This document shows, piece by piece, positions 37,425-51,119 of a stretch of 64,000 nt of DNA. Made by a program: the position numbers and the translations under genes. How positions within the stretch are numbered: the first letter of the stretch is position 1; each line of letters opens with the position of its first letter. The notes beneath the pieces were generated by a model, which was not told where the DNA came from, searched no databases, and saw only the letters and a list, made by a program, of their open reading frames with translations. Location of the stretch: contig NC_092674.1 in the NCBI RefSeq assembly GCF_964355755.1, positions 12,400,001 to 12,464,000 on the forward strand. Reading direction: 5' to 3'. The stretch comes from Antedon mediterranea. Its lineage: Eukaryota > Animalia > Echinodermata.

Positions 37425-40400
37425 ATTGGGATTGTATATTTATGTAAAGTAATACTATTAAAACAAGGTCAATACTCGGGAAAATGGATTAGATACTGCA
37501 TGACATTTTTTTCTGTTATTAACCATATTAGGAAGTAAAAATAAAATTTCAATTATTGCTTTATTTTGGGGTTAAAGGTCACCAAATACAGGCCAAAAAT
37601 ACCCTAAAATCTTATTTTAAAAATAAAACTATTAAAATAGTTTAGATTCACTGTGATTCTAGAAAAAATTGAACAGCGAATTTATCAAAACTGTTGTTGT
37701 TGCTCTTTTAAAGGGAAATTTCATGGTTTCTCCCAGTTTACATGTTTACAAGACACTATTAAAATTTACCAAATATAACATTATTAGTGGATTTATATAA
37801 TTTAAGATGTCTTCTTTCTAAACAATATTAAAAAGTTTCGATTGTCACATTTACCATTTTTGGACTTTTGCCACACTTTGAATTGGTTCTGGTCCACTGT
37901 GCCACGGGCCAAGAGCTATTCTTTTATTATTCTAATTTTTTTTAATCGGCAATCATGACCCTTTATAACTTGTTGTTGTATATGATGTGCCAGCGTGTGC
38001 GATATTGGTACATGTTACGTTCTAGGCGTTGTAGTAGTAAACAACCTGATGAAAGTGACATTGGGTAGACTTGTGAATGGTAGTTGTGAATGAATTGCCG
38101 TTTCTTACACAGGGAGCATACCGCCTCTCGTAACTACGGATTTTGGTCCCTGGATGTGTATCGCATGGCCCCCGGATGTTGACGCGTGAGCTTGGCCAAC
38201 TTAACTTCTAAATATAGTTACTGTATAAATGTTTCTTACAAAGACAAGTGCGTCCTATCACTAGTACAGTTAGTAACTTGATTCATATTTTGGTTCCTCT
38301 AACTTTGATACAGCACAGATATCGACGCGTGAACAGCAATGAAAATGAGTTCGTTAATTAGTCGTTTTACTGTAATAATATATATATATATATTTGTTAT
38401 ACTAGAAAATTAGTTTGATGAAATGTATTCTACAAAATTAGAAGGCCTAATAATTGTTTTCCCTCAGAAATGAAGTGGGGGGAGGTCACGTGTCTGTTTA
38501 TGAGTGATAATCAATAAGGCATTTAATTAAAATGCAGAGTGTCTTAAAATTAGGCCTACTTGACTGAATCAGAGTAGACCTACTACACAGTTGCATTTAA
38601 ATGAGTCAATAATTAGCATGATAATTTATGTAATTAATACACAGTGAAAGAGCTTATTTTAGTATCCTATAGTAATACATTTTTCTATATAATTTAAAGA
38701 GAAGATGGAATTTAAAATCAGTTACAAAAGCCGACGATAAGAGAGAATTACATGTTTCAAAAAACACCCACTTGTTATTAAAAAAAAAACATTGCACATC
38801 GGCGAGGCTCGATGTCATGCGTGACTGACGAAAACTTGCATGTTTTGTTGTACTGTAGGCCTATCAGTTAATCAGCATACAATGAAACGTGTATCTTGTA
38901 CCCCATCATGGTACAAAGTGTCATACAAATCGTACATTTAATAATTCGAACAGCCTAGAACGTGAACATAATTCGTAGCGTACGTATACACAGTACACGA
39001 CTACGCGTCGGTAAACTTCGCCAGGGAAGTAAGCCTAACTATAATATACGCATTTTGATTCCTGGATGGAACATGATGTATATATTACGCGTAAACCGTG
39101 TATTTCACGATGCCACTAGATCGGTCACTTAATAATAATAATTACTTTAATTTTCCAATTCATCATGCGTTTGTCGTTACTATGAACTTTAATTGTACTG
39201 ATTGGAATAATTAATCAGTAAAATAATGCTTGCCTTCTGATCAATGTTAGTTACATTGAAAACCTCATCCCAAGGATGCGATGTAAATCAACAGTTGAAT
39301 AGCAAGAGAAGACATGGGTTGGCTAATTCACTTGCAATTGTTTGTCTTTTTTTTAACAATATTTTGATGACGAAGTAACAGTTACTGTATAGTCAGAGTG
39401 GCAATAGTTATACGAATTATTGTTTCAGATTTGTAATAATTACGTCAAGTATAGCCTCTTCTCTAGTAGCCATGTCAGCCTCTTGACTTAGCTATTGGGC
39501 ATGGAAAAGTGCACTGATATTTGCACGTTAAAATCGCCTATGACACCAACGCAAGCATAAAACAACTATATTCTACAAATAAACATGATCAGAAATAGAC
39601 AATGTAGTCGCTTAGTATACCAATTTCATCATGTAACTGCTGTGTTCAGTCTTCTGTTATTTACGTATATTATGCAGCAACACCTTCCCCGTGATGATGT
39701 TTAACGATGACTATGTAAAATTAATGTTAAACATCAGAGATGTTATCTCTAGGGTTGCTAGTTATAATGTAGTAAAAACAAATAATACTAGAATATAAAA
39801 AGTACATAATGAAAAAAGAAAACCTGGATAACCCAATTTCGTTAACTATACTAACTTTAGATAAATTGGTGGTCACATATTGAAGTAATTTCGGATTTGA
39901 CAAAAGTATGAGTATGTATGAGGTTAATTAGGCCTATTTCAGAAAACAGTTTAGGGGATTTTTTTTTCTCAGCCCCACTCTGCAGTCACGATCTCTTTTC
40001 GCGAATTCTAATTTCACATAAACGGGCAATGAAATCATTATTAAAAACATGTAAGCTTATACGGTAGGTATATATTTATATTATTTATTTATTTATTTTT
40101 GTTTATCCTTTTCGTGGATACTATTTAAAAATACAAACAGAAGGTTTGTATTTTTTCCGATTGTTTCGCTGTATACAGTAAATAAGTTGCTGATGAATTT
40201 TATGATGATTTTGAAGAATAAAATGAATAATTAAAAATATGAGGCGTATAAAAATCATTTTGCATGATTGATTTCTGTAATATAAATTCTGTAAAAGCGT
40301 TGTTTCCAGTTTTAATTGTTTAGGCCGACAGATCGAGTATGTTGTTACACAGGCCATGATTGTTATTATAAAAATCTGATATGAAAATAACTATTGTTCT

Positions 40401-40606
40401 TATGTTGTACCATGTGGAGTTGAAGTTTAACAGAACAATATAAATAGTTCTAATGGTTCTGCTAATTTAGTATTATTTATATAATGTAGTGACAGTACTT
40501 TAGGTATGTTATTACCGGTTCGCCCTTAAATTTGAAAATTAAACCATTTATTTTAATCACACTGAACTATATAGCACCCTTATTAATAATGTTATGTAAA
40601 ACTTAC

Positions 40607-40705
40607 ATTTGTTGTAAGATCCAAATTAGCACCTGCCTTGAGCAAAATAGTGCAAATATCTGTTTGGCCATTACTTGCAGCATAATGCAAAGGTGTCCAT
40701 CCGTC
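40607..40705 (-). CDS. Ankyrin-repeat exon (DGWTPLHYAASNGQTDICTILLKAGANLDLTTN)
   Basis: 99 nt, TTTCAG acceptor, GTAAGT donor, phase 0-0. Confidence 0.92.
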
Positions 40706-40951
40706 CTGAAATATTACAAACATTATGTTATAGTATTTTTCACTTCACATCAAACTATCTAATATTGTACTAAAATCAATTAGATGTGATCATGTGTATA
40801 TACAAATTCAATTAAATAATTAAATTTATATAATAATTTAAAGTATGTGTAATCAGTGCTACTAAGCGCCTTTGATGATTACATTGTTTACTTAATTATG
40901 GCAACACAAACACAATATAAGTATATGAAAGTTACTTGTTGAAACTTAAAA

Positions 40952-41260
40952 TTCAGCACCCGTCTATTTACAGGAACTAATTCAGAAGTATAACCCTGGT
41001 CGCCAGGGACTCGGATCTACACAAGATATTACTCGTCTTGTTGTTCCTAAAACTAATAGACTATTTAGTGATAAATCATTTTCTGTCATTGGACCTAAGT
41101 TATGGAACAATTTACCTATTAATGAGCGTATTGCTCCAAGTGTACAGTGTTTTAAAAAATTGTTAAAGAGTTTTCTTTTCCCTAAGGAATAATTTAGATA
41201 TGTACTGCTCTAATTAATATACAACTTTTGGGAAAAGCGCTTTATAAATCTCTATAGTAT
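40952..41260 (+). mobile_element. L2 LINE 3' fragment (duplicated at about 46621-46929)
   Basis: Encodes APVYLQELI..LVVPKT..DKSFSVIGPKLWNNLP..FKKLLKSFLF and ends in AAAGCGCTTTATAAAT. Empty paralogous sites lie at about 52095 and 55005. Confidence 0.8.
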
Positions 41261-41534
41261 AAAATAAATTGCCATAAATAGATTGTTAAATGATACTGGT
41301 ATGTACTTCTTGTATCTAATTTATAAACAAAAAATATTATTTTAATTATAAATTTGTAATATTAAACCATTGGACAGTGTGTGTGTGAAATATGTAATGT
41401 ACTTCCTCTATCTAATTTATAAAAAAAAAATAAAATATTTTAATTAGATTTGTCTTTATTCATTAGGCATAATGTGTATGTACCAGTTCCAGAAACGAAT
41501 GAATCACGATTATTAATAAAAAGTATGAAAGCAC

Positions 41535-41919
41535 ACATAAAACGAACAATTCGTCGCTGCAGAACTGAATCTTCTTTTCAATCATATATCCCACGTGTTA
41601 CCAGAATTTGGAATAACTTATCCAGTGAAATCAGCAACTTAAATATTTATGTTAGGTGTTTTAAAACCAAATTACTTAATTATCTCAATATTTATTTTTT
41701 AAATAATTTTGATATTGAAAAAGTGTGTAGTTGGTCGCTTTCTTGTAGATGCTTTAATATTGTAGAACGTAATTTATTTATTTTTCTTATATGTTTCTGT
41801 TCTGGTTTGACCAACTAGCATAGTTGTAGCACCTGTTTGGTCTTTCCATGCCTCCTTTTATAATTGTTTTGTCTTCTTTGTTATGTATATGGCAGAAATT
41901 GAATAAATAAATAAATAAA
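41535..41919 (+). mobile_element. CR1-type LINE 3' fragment (duplicated at about 47204-47588)
   Basis: Encodes RCRTESSFQSYIPRVTRIWNNL..FKTKL..CSWSLSCRC and ends in a (TAAA)n tail. Confidence 0.75.
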
Positions 41920-44900
41920 CACAGTATGTATTCAATTATCTCAACACAAATACCAATTGAAATGCCATGGTTTCTGTGATTAGTTCTTTAGTTCTTTTAA
42001 ATATGTCTACTATAATCTTTCCATCTCTTCTGAAAACTGTTTTCAATACAATCAATTGCCTGTTGTAGATACAAACAAGGAAAACGTTTATTCATCATTA
42101 CTAACAATTAAGTTATCAGGGATAGTTATTTTTTCAGGTTGATGTACTTACATTTCCATCACATAACCCTTACCTTTTATCACGTAACGTATTAAGAGTA
42201 CACGCCTGTTCATGTGCGCCATATTATTGCTCATATATTCTTTACCAAAATAATTGTGCAAGCACTGTTAACGTAGTTTACCTAGTTTACCAATAGAGAG
42301 AAATGGCGAACCGCGATGACGTCACTCAAATTTCACCGAGTGGGTATATATTGTAAACAAACCATTTCGCCACATGTTTTTGTATGGGAAATTCCGATGG
42401 GTTGAGTTAAAAAGGAAGGTAGAAAAGAACGTTTAAAACACACATAATAGCAGTATCTTTTTTTTTTTGCAACACCCTTAACAATTTTAATGTTATATGG
42501 GCAAATCTTAACATATTTTATTTTAATTTGGATTGAATTAAGATGCGTTTTTGTTATATACTGTACCCAGCTCTAGGCCCTAGATAGTTGGCCTGTATGC
42601 TGTAGTACCTCGGATTATCGGTTATTATAATAATAATAATATTGGAAATTCGTTATTGCATACTGTACTACTACTACTACTACTTTAGCTAGGGTGCTGC
42701 TGGCCTCTCCTAGCTAGGTAGTAAGACTAAATAGAGCACCTCTAGTAGATGTAGGCCTAGCATTAGTTTCAGCTTGACAACTGCCATTTTGTTATGTGGC
42801 TAGTGATGCTTCATGCAGGGGGGGGGGGGGGCTACCGCCAGTAGATAACACCATTCTATATAATACTATATAGGCATAGTCTAATGTAGACCTACAGATA
42901 TGAGATATTTTTAGGAATATGATTGTGAATGATGGATGACTTTTATACATATTTCATTGTTTTATTGTGTAAGTACACAAATACAACAAGAATTATGAGC
43001 GTTACAGCAACAACATTGGTTAGACGAAACCATGATTCACGTGTATAAACATAGGAAATGTGTCGCCCTCAACGGTTTGTTATGATTTTATACCCACTCG
43101 GATTTTAGACGTCGGTTCGCCATTTCTCTCTATTGGGATTGTATATTTATGTAAAGTAATACTATTAAAACAAGGTCAATACTCGGGAAAATGGATTAGA
43201 TACTGCATGACATTTTTTTCTATTATTAACCATATTAGGAAGTAAAAATAAAATTTCAATTATTGCTTTATTTTGGGGTTAAAGGGCACCAAATACAGGC
43301 CAAAAATACCCTAAAATCTTATTTTAAAAATAAAACTATTAAAATAGTTTAGATTCACTGTGATTCTAGAAAAAATTGAACAGCGAATTTATCAAAACTG
43401 TTGTTGTTGCTCTTTTAAAGGGAAATTTCATGGTTTCTCCCAGTTTACATGTTTACAAGACACTATTAAAATTTACCAAATATAACATTATTAGTGGATT
43501 TATATAATTTAAGATGTCTTCTTTCTAAACAATATTAAAAAGTTTCGATTGTCACATTTACCATTTTTGGACTTTTGGCACACTTTGAATTGGTTCTGGT
43601 CCACTGTGCCACGGGCCAAGAGCTATTCTTTTATTATTCTAATTTTTTTTAATCGGCAATCATGACCCTTTATAACTTGTTGTTGTATATGATGTGCCAG
43701 CGTGTGCGATATTGGTACATGTTACGTTCTAGGCGTTGTAGTAGTAAACAACCTGATGAAAGTGACATTGGGTAGACTTGTGAATGGTAGTTGTGAATGA
43801 ATTGCCGTTTCTTACACAGGGAGCATACCGCCTCTCGTAACTACGGATTTTGGTCCCTGGATGTGTATCGCATGGCCCCCGGATGTTGACGCGTGAGCTT
43901 GGCCAACTTAACTTCTAAATATAGTTACTGTATAAATGTTTCTTACAAAGACAAGTGCGTCCTATCACTAGTACAGTTAGTAACTTGATTCATATTTTGG
44001 TTCCTCTAACTTTGATACAGCACAGATATCGACGCGTGAACAGCAATGAAAATGAGTTCGTTAATTAGTCGTTTTACTGTAATAATATATATATATATAT
44101 ATTTGTTATACTAGAAAATTAGTTTGATGAAATGTATTCTACAAAATTAGAAGGCCTAATAATTGTTTTCCCTCAGAAATGAAGTGGGGGGAGGTCACGT
44201 GTCTGTTTATGAGTGATAATCAATAAGGCATTTAATTAAAATGCAGAGTGTCTTAAAATTAGGCCTACTTGACTGAATCAGAGTAGACCTACTACACAGT
44301 TGCATTTAAATGAGTCAATAATTAGCATGATAATTTATGTAATTAATACACAGTGAAAGAGCTTATTTTAGTATCCTATAGTAATACATTTTTCTATATA
44401 ATTTAAAGAGAAGATGGAATTTAAAATCAGTTACAAAAGCCGACGATAAGAGAGAATTACATGTTTCAAAAAACACCCACTTGTTATTAAAAAAAAAAAC
44501 ATTGCACATCGGCGAGGCTCGATGTCATGTGTGACTGACGAAAACTTGCATGTTTTGTTGTACTGTAGGCCTATCAGTTAGGCATACAATGAAACGTGTA
44601 TCTTGTACCCCATCATGGTACAAAGTGTCATACAAATCGTACATTTAATAATTCGAACAGCCTAGAACGTGAACATAATTCGTAGCGTACGTATACACAG
44701 TACACGACTACGCGTCGGTTTGATTCCTGGATGGAACATGATGTATATATTACGCGTAAACCGTGTATTTCACGATGCCACTAGATCGGTCACTTAATAA
44801 TAATAATTACTTTAATTTTCCAATTCATCATGCGTTTGTCGTTACTATGAACTTTAATTGTACTGATTGGAATATTTATTCAGTAAAATAATGCTTGCCT

Positions 44901-47588
44901 TCTGATCAATGTTAGTTACATTGAAAACCTCATCCCAAGGATGCGATGTAAATCAACAGTTGAATAGCAAGAGGAGACATGGGTTGGCTAATTCACTTGC
45001 AATTGTTTGTCTTTTTTTTAACAATATTTTGATGACGAAGTAACAGTTACTGTATAGTCAGAGTGGCAATAGTTATACGAATTATTGTTTCAGATTTGTA
45101 ATAATTACGTCAAGTATAGCCTCTTCTCTAGTAGCCATGTCAACCTCTTGACTTAGCTATTGGGCATGGAAAAGTGCACTGATATTTGCACGTTAAAATC
45201 GCCTATGACACCAACGCAAGCATAAAACAACTATATTCTACAAATAAACATGATCAGAAATAGACAATGTAGTCGCTTAGTATATATACCAATTTCATCA
45301 TGTAACTGCTGTGTTCAGTCTTCTGTTATTTACGTACATTATGCAGCAACACCTTCCCCGTGATGATGTTTAACGATGACTATGTAAAATTAATGTTAAA
45401 CATCAGAGATGTTATCTCTAGGGTTGCTAGTTATAATGTAGTAAAAACAAATAATACTAGAATATAAAAAGTACATAATGAAAAAAGAAAACCTGGATAA
45501 CCCAATTTCGTTAACTATACTAACTGTAGATAAATTGGTGGTCACATATTGAAGTAATTTCGGATTTGACAAAAGTATGAGTATGTATGAGGTTAATTAG
45601 GCCTATTTCAGAAAACAGTTTAGGGGATTTTTTTTTCTCAGCCCCACTCTGCAGTCACGATCTCTTTTCGCGAATTCTAATTTCACATAAACGGGCAATG
45701 AAATCATTATTAAAAACATGTAAGCTTATACGGTAGGTATATATTTATATTATTTATTTATTTATTTTTGTTTATCCTTTTCGTGGATACTATTTAAAAA
45801 TACAAACAGAAGGTTTGTATTTTTTCCGATTGTTTCGCTGTATACAGTAAATAAGTTGCTGATGAATTTTATGATGATTTTGAAGAATAAAATGAATAAT
45901 TAAAAATATGAGGCGTATAAAAATCATTTTGCAGGATTGATTTCTGTAATATAAATTCTGTAAAAGCGTTGTTTCCAGTTTTAATTGTTTAGGCCGACAG
46001 ATCGAGTATGTTGTTACACAGGCCATGATTGTTATTATAAAAATCTGATATGAAAATAACTATTGTTCTTATGTTGTACCATGTGGAGTTGAAGTTTAAC
46101 AGAACAATATAAATAGTTCTAATGGTTCTGCTAATTTAGTATTATTTATATAATGTAGTGACAGTACTTTAGGTATGTTATTACCGGTTCGCCCTTAAAT
46201 TTGAAAATTAAACCATTTATTTTAATCACACTGAACTATATAGCACCCTTATTAATAATGTTATGTAAAACTTACATTTGTTGTAAGATCCAAATTAGCA
46301 CCTGCCTTGAGCAAAATAGTGCAAATATCTGTTTGGCCATTACTTGCAGCATAATGCAAAGGTGTCCATCCGTCCTGAAATATTACAAACATTATGTTAT
46401 AGTATTTTTCACTTCACATCAAACTATCTAATATTGTACTAAAATCAATTAGATGTGATCATGTGTATATACAAATTCAATTAAATAATTAAATTTATAT
46501 AATAATTTAAAGTATGTGTAATCAGTGCTACTAAGCGCCTTTGATGATTACATTGTTTACTTAATTATGGCAACACAAACACAATATAAGTATATGAAAG
46601 TTACTTGTTGAAACTTAAAATTCAGCACCCGTCTATTTACAGGAACTAATTCAGAAGTATAACCCTGGTCGCCAGGGACTCGGATCTACACAAGATATTA
46701 CTCGTCTTGTTGTTCCTAAAACTAATAGACTATTTAGTGATAAATCATTTTCTGTCATTGGACCTAAGTTATGGAACAATTTACCTATTAATGAGCGTAT
46801 TGCTCCAAGTGTACAGTGTTTTAAAAAATTGTTAAAGAGTTTTCTTTTCCCTAAGGAATAATTTAGATATGTACTGCTCTAATTAATATACAACTTTTGG
46901 GAAAAGCGCTTTATAAATCTCTATAGTATAAAATAAATTGCCATAAATAGATTGTTAAATGATACTGGTATGTACTTCTTGTATCTAATTTATAAACAAA
47001 AAATATTATTTTAATTATAAATTTGTAATATTAAACCATTGGACAGTGTGTGTGTGAAATATGTAATGTACTTCCTCTATCTAATTTATAAAAAAAAAAT
47101 AAAATATTTTAATTAGATTTGTCTTTATTCATTAGGCATAATGTGTATGTACCAGTTCCAGAAACGAATGAATCACGATTATTAATAAAAAGTATGAAAG
47201 CACACATAAAACGAACAATTCGTCGCTGCAGAACTGAATCTTCTTTTCAATCATATATCCCACGTGTTACCAGAATTTGGAATAACTTATCCAGTGAAAT
47301 CAGCAACTTAAATATTTATGTTAGGTGTTTTAAAACCAAATTACTTAATTATCTCAATATTTATTTTTTAAATAATTTTGATATTGAAAAAGTGTGTAGT
47401 TGGTCGCTTTCTTGTAGATGCTTTAATATTGTAGAACGTAATTCATTTATTTTTCTTATATGTTTCTGTTCTGGTTTGACCAACTAGCATAGTTGTAGCA
47501 CCTGTTTGGTCTTTCCATGCCTCCTTTTATAATTGTTTTGTCTTCTTTGTTATGTATATGGCAGAAATTGAATAAATAAATAAATAAA
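41920..47588. repeat. Tandem duplication unit 2 (5669 bp, contains one ankyrin exon)
   Basis: Begins CACAGTATGTATTCAATTATC, as do 36204 and 47589. It differs from unit 1 by scattered SNPs, microsatellite lengths and an indel of about 40 bp. Confidence 0.95.
46276..46374 (-). CDS. Ankyrin-repeat exon identical to 40607-40705
   Basis: 99 nt with the same sequence and splice sites. Confidence 0.9.
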
Positions 47589-50500
47589 CACAGTATGTAT
47601 TCAATTATCTCAACACAAATACCAATTGAAATGCCATGGTTTCTGTGATTAGTTCTTTAGTTCTTTTAAATATGTCTACTATAATCTTTCCATCTCTTCT
47701 GAAAACTGTTTTCAATACAATCAATTGTTTGTAGATACAAACAAGGAGAACGCTTATTCATCATTACTAACACGTAAGTTATCAATGATAGTTATTTCTT
47801 CAGGTTGATGTACTTACATTTCCATCACATAACCCTTACCTTCTATCACGTAAAGTATTAAGAGTACACACCTGTTCATGTGCGCCATATTATTGCTCAT
47901 ATATTCTTTACTAAAAATAATTTTGCAAGCACGTTAAATGTATTGATTCAAGATCAACATTACTTTGTTTATCAATATTGGGGTTGTATATTCATATGAA
48001 GTAATAATATTAACAAGGTCAACACTCGGTAAACCAAATTTTTTGGAAAAAAGCAATGGATTTGATACTGCATGACATTGTTTTTCTGTTATTAACCATA
48101 ATAGAAAGTAAAAATAAATGTCAACTATTGCTATATTTTGGGGTTAAAGATCAACAAATACAGGTCAAAATACCAAAAATCATATTTTTAAAATAAAACC
48201 ATTATAATGGTTTAGATTCACGGTGATTCTAGAAACAGCAGAGAATTTATCAAAACTGTTGTTTTTGCTCTTTTAAATTGAAATTTCATGGTTTCTCCCA
48301 GTTTCCATGGTTACAAGACACTATTAAAATTTACCAAACATAACATTATTAGTGGACAAACAATATTAAAAAATTTGGATTGACAAATTTACCATTTTTG
48401 GACTTTTGGCACACTTTGAATTGATTCTGTCCCACTGTGCCATGGGCCAAGAGCTATTCCTTTATTATTCTATTTTTTTAAATCGGTAATCGTGACCCTT
48501 TATAAGTAATGTTGTATATGATGTGCCAGCGTGCTACGTTCTAGACATTGGAATAGTAAACAACTAATAGTAAAAAAAAGTTGAAACGAATTGTAAACGT
48601 CTGTCCAGCATTAGAGATAATCTTAAAAATGTCTCTTCTGGAAAGAGGTAATAGATGCATGGAGTAATTTTATTTCTATTCATTATCCAAAGTTTGTTGA
48701 CGAGCTATTACGAATGCAAATTTGGAATAATGAAGTAATAAGAATAGGCAACGAATGTATAAGATATGGAAATTGGGGAAAAGCAGGTATTCTGTTTGTT
48801 AATGATTTGTTTAACAGCAATGGGCAATTTATGAATAAAAAAGAAGTCGAAGATACCTATGGAATTAAGATAAATTATAAAAAATTAATAGGAGTAAGAA
48901 GGCTTCTTATGGAAAAATTTAACAATTTAATTATATGTGAAATTTTAAAAAACAGTTTTGCCAGATATTCCATTTCATATAAAAAGTACTCTTTCAACAA
49001 AGAAAGGGATGTCGTATTTTTTATGATGTTTTAAATAACTCAATGTTTACATCATGGAAAGCACAAAAGAAATGGGCAGAGAATACATTTGTATTCAATA
49101 ACGAACAATTGAAAACAATCTACCTAGATCCACATACGTGTACAATGAATATTGTTTTAATATATTTTCAATATAAAATTGTAAACAGAATAATTGCAAC
49201 AAATGAACAATTATTTAAAATGAATATAAAAGAAACTTCAATGTGCTCATTTAGAGATGGTAAAATCGAAACCATTTAGCATTTGTTCTGTAATTGTCCA
49301 ATAGTAAAAAGGATATGGAACCTTTTCCAGGAAAAAATTTCAGAAAAAAACTGGAGTGCAATTTATTTTTAGTAAAGAGAGCATAATTTTCGGATACCAA
49401 GATGCGCATCAGTTTTTTAATTTAAAAGCCATTAATGCAATTATTCTAATTGTAAAATCATTTATTTATAAATGTAAACTAGTTAAATGTAAGTCAAATA
49501 TCAAAATGGTTATGAACGAGTTAAAAAGGTTTTATGAAACGGAAAAAAGTATTTATCATCAGAATTTTCAGGACAGTATTTTAAATAGAAAATGGATAAA
49601 ATTAGAAGCATTTATAAATCAAATATGAAATTGTTAGAGATTAGAATAATTTTTATGAACCTTTATTTAATTTGTTTGTTGTTTTTGTTTGATTTTTATT
49701 TTTTATTTGATTATGTTTTTCCTTTGTAATGTATTATTATGATGAAAAAAATAAATAAATAAAAAAATAAAAAAATAGTAAACAACCAAATAAAAGTGAC
49801 ATTGGGTAGACTTGTAAATGGTAGTTTCTTACAAAGGGAGCATACCGCCTCTCGAAGCTACGTATTTTGGTACCTGTATGTGTATAGCATGGCCCCCGGT
49901 TATCGACGCGTGAGCTGGGCCAACTTCTAAATATATTCACTCTATAAATATTTCTTACAGAGGGACACCTCCAGATTAAGTGCGTCCTATCACTAGTAAG
50001 TAACTTGATTCAGATTTCTAACTACATGACAGATATTGACGCGTAAACCACAAAGAAAATGAGTTTGTCAATTAGTAGACGTTTTACTGTAATATTAAAT
50101 ATATTTGTTACTAGAAATTAGTTTGATAAAATATATTCTACAAAATCAGTAGGCCTAATCGTTTTCCCCTAATAAATTAAGGGGGTGGGGGGAGGGACAC
50201 GTGTTTGTTTATGAGTGAGAATCAAAAAGGCATTTAGTTAAAATGCAGACCGTCTTAAATTACTTGACATGTTCCGATAAATATATTCGCATCATCAGAA
50301 TTGTAATCAAAGCATAGGATACTTGTATACGTACAAAGTTGCGTTTAAATGAGTCAATCATAGCATGAGAATAGATTTATCGAAACATGTCACCTAATTT
50401 TAAGACGGCCCACATTTTCATTAAATGCCTTATGATATTATTGATTATCAATCGTAATTAGGTGGTATTATACATGATGTGCCTGTTTATGTACAATGAA

Positions 50501-50900
50501 AGAGCTTATTTTAGTATCCTATATTAATATATTTTCTATATAAGAGAATATGTTATTTCAAATCAGGTACAAAAGCCGACGATCCAAGCGAATTACATGT
50601 TTAAAAAAAATCGGAAAACACTCATTTGTTATTTTCAAAACACATTGAAAATCGGCGCGGTCCGATGGCATTCGTGACTGGCGGAAAAACGCAACAAAAA
50701 TGAAAAACGAAAATGGCATGTTGTGTTTTCTGTAGGGCTACAGTAATTAGTGTTTCAGATACCACCATTGACAGTAGCAGAATTGGGTGTTTATTTCAAG
50801 CTCACATAAACGGGCAAAGAAATCCTCGTGAAACATTATTTAAGCTTATTCTCTATAGTATATTTAAGTTATCTACTTATTCATTTATTTATATATTGTT
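47589..50900. repeat. Older, diverged third paralog of the duplicated intronic unit
   Basis: Colinear with about 36204-38870 but has many substitutions. It lacks the MITE and carries an L1/Tx1 insertion. Confidence 0.85.
48565..49773 (+). mobile_element. 5'-truncated L1/Tx1-clade LINE
   Basis: Encodes IWNNEVIRIG..W..AGILFVNDL, FQYKIVNRIIATN and CSF....ETI.HLFC.C. It has a poly(A)-rich tail and a 13-bp TSD AATAGTAAACAAC (48552-48564, 49774-49786). Confidence 0.85.
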
Positions 50901-51119
50901 TTCTCTTTTTACTTGGTTAGATGAAACATGTTACCGAGAAACAACAAACATTCTAGTTGAAATTGTTTATGTATACCCACAGATTGCACTATTTTCTGTA
51001 TACTTAATTAGGTACTCTTTTCGTACATGTGTTGCTGTTGGAAATAGATAAATATTTCACTTCAATTATTTTCCAAAAATAGTGGTACACAACAATGAAA
51101 GAAAATGTGAAAACTATTA

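Larger units (their letters stand above)
36204..41919. repeat. Tandem duplication unit 1 (5716 bp, contains one ankyrin exon)
   Basis: Near-identical to 41920-47588. Several ORF-track entries repeat at an offset of about 5669-5707. Confidence 0.95.

Noticed and set aside
40532-40762. Plus-strand ORFs here and at 46201 and 53492 as a repeated gene
   Set aside because: They are antisense shadows of the ankyrin exons.
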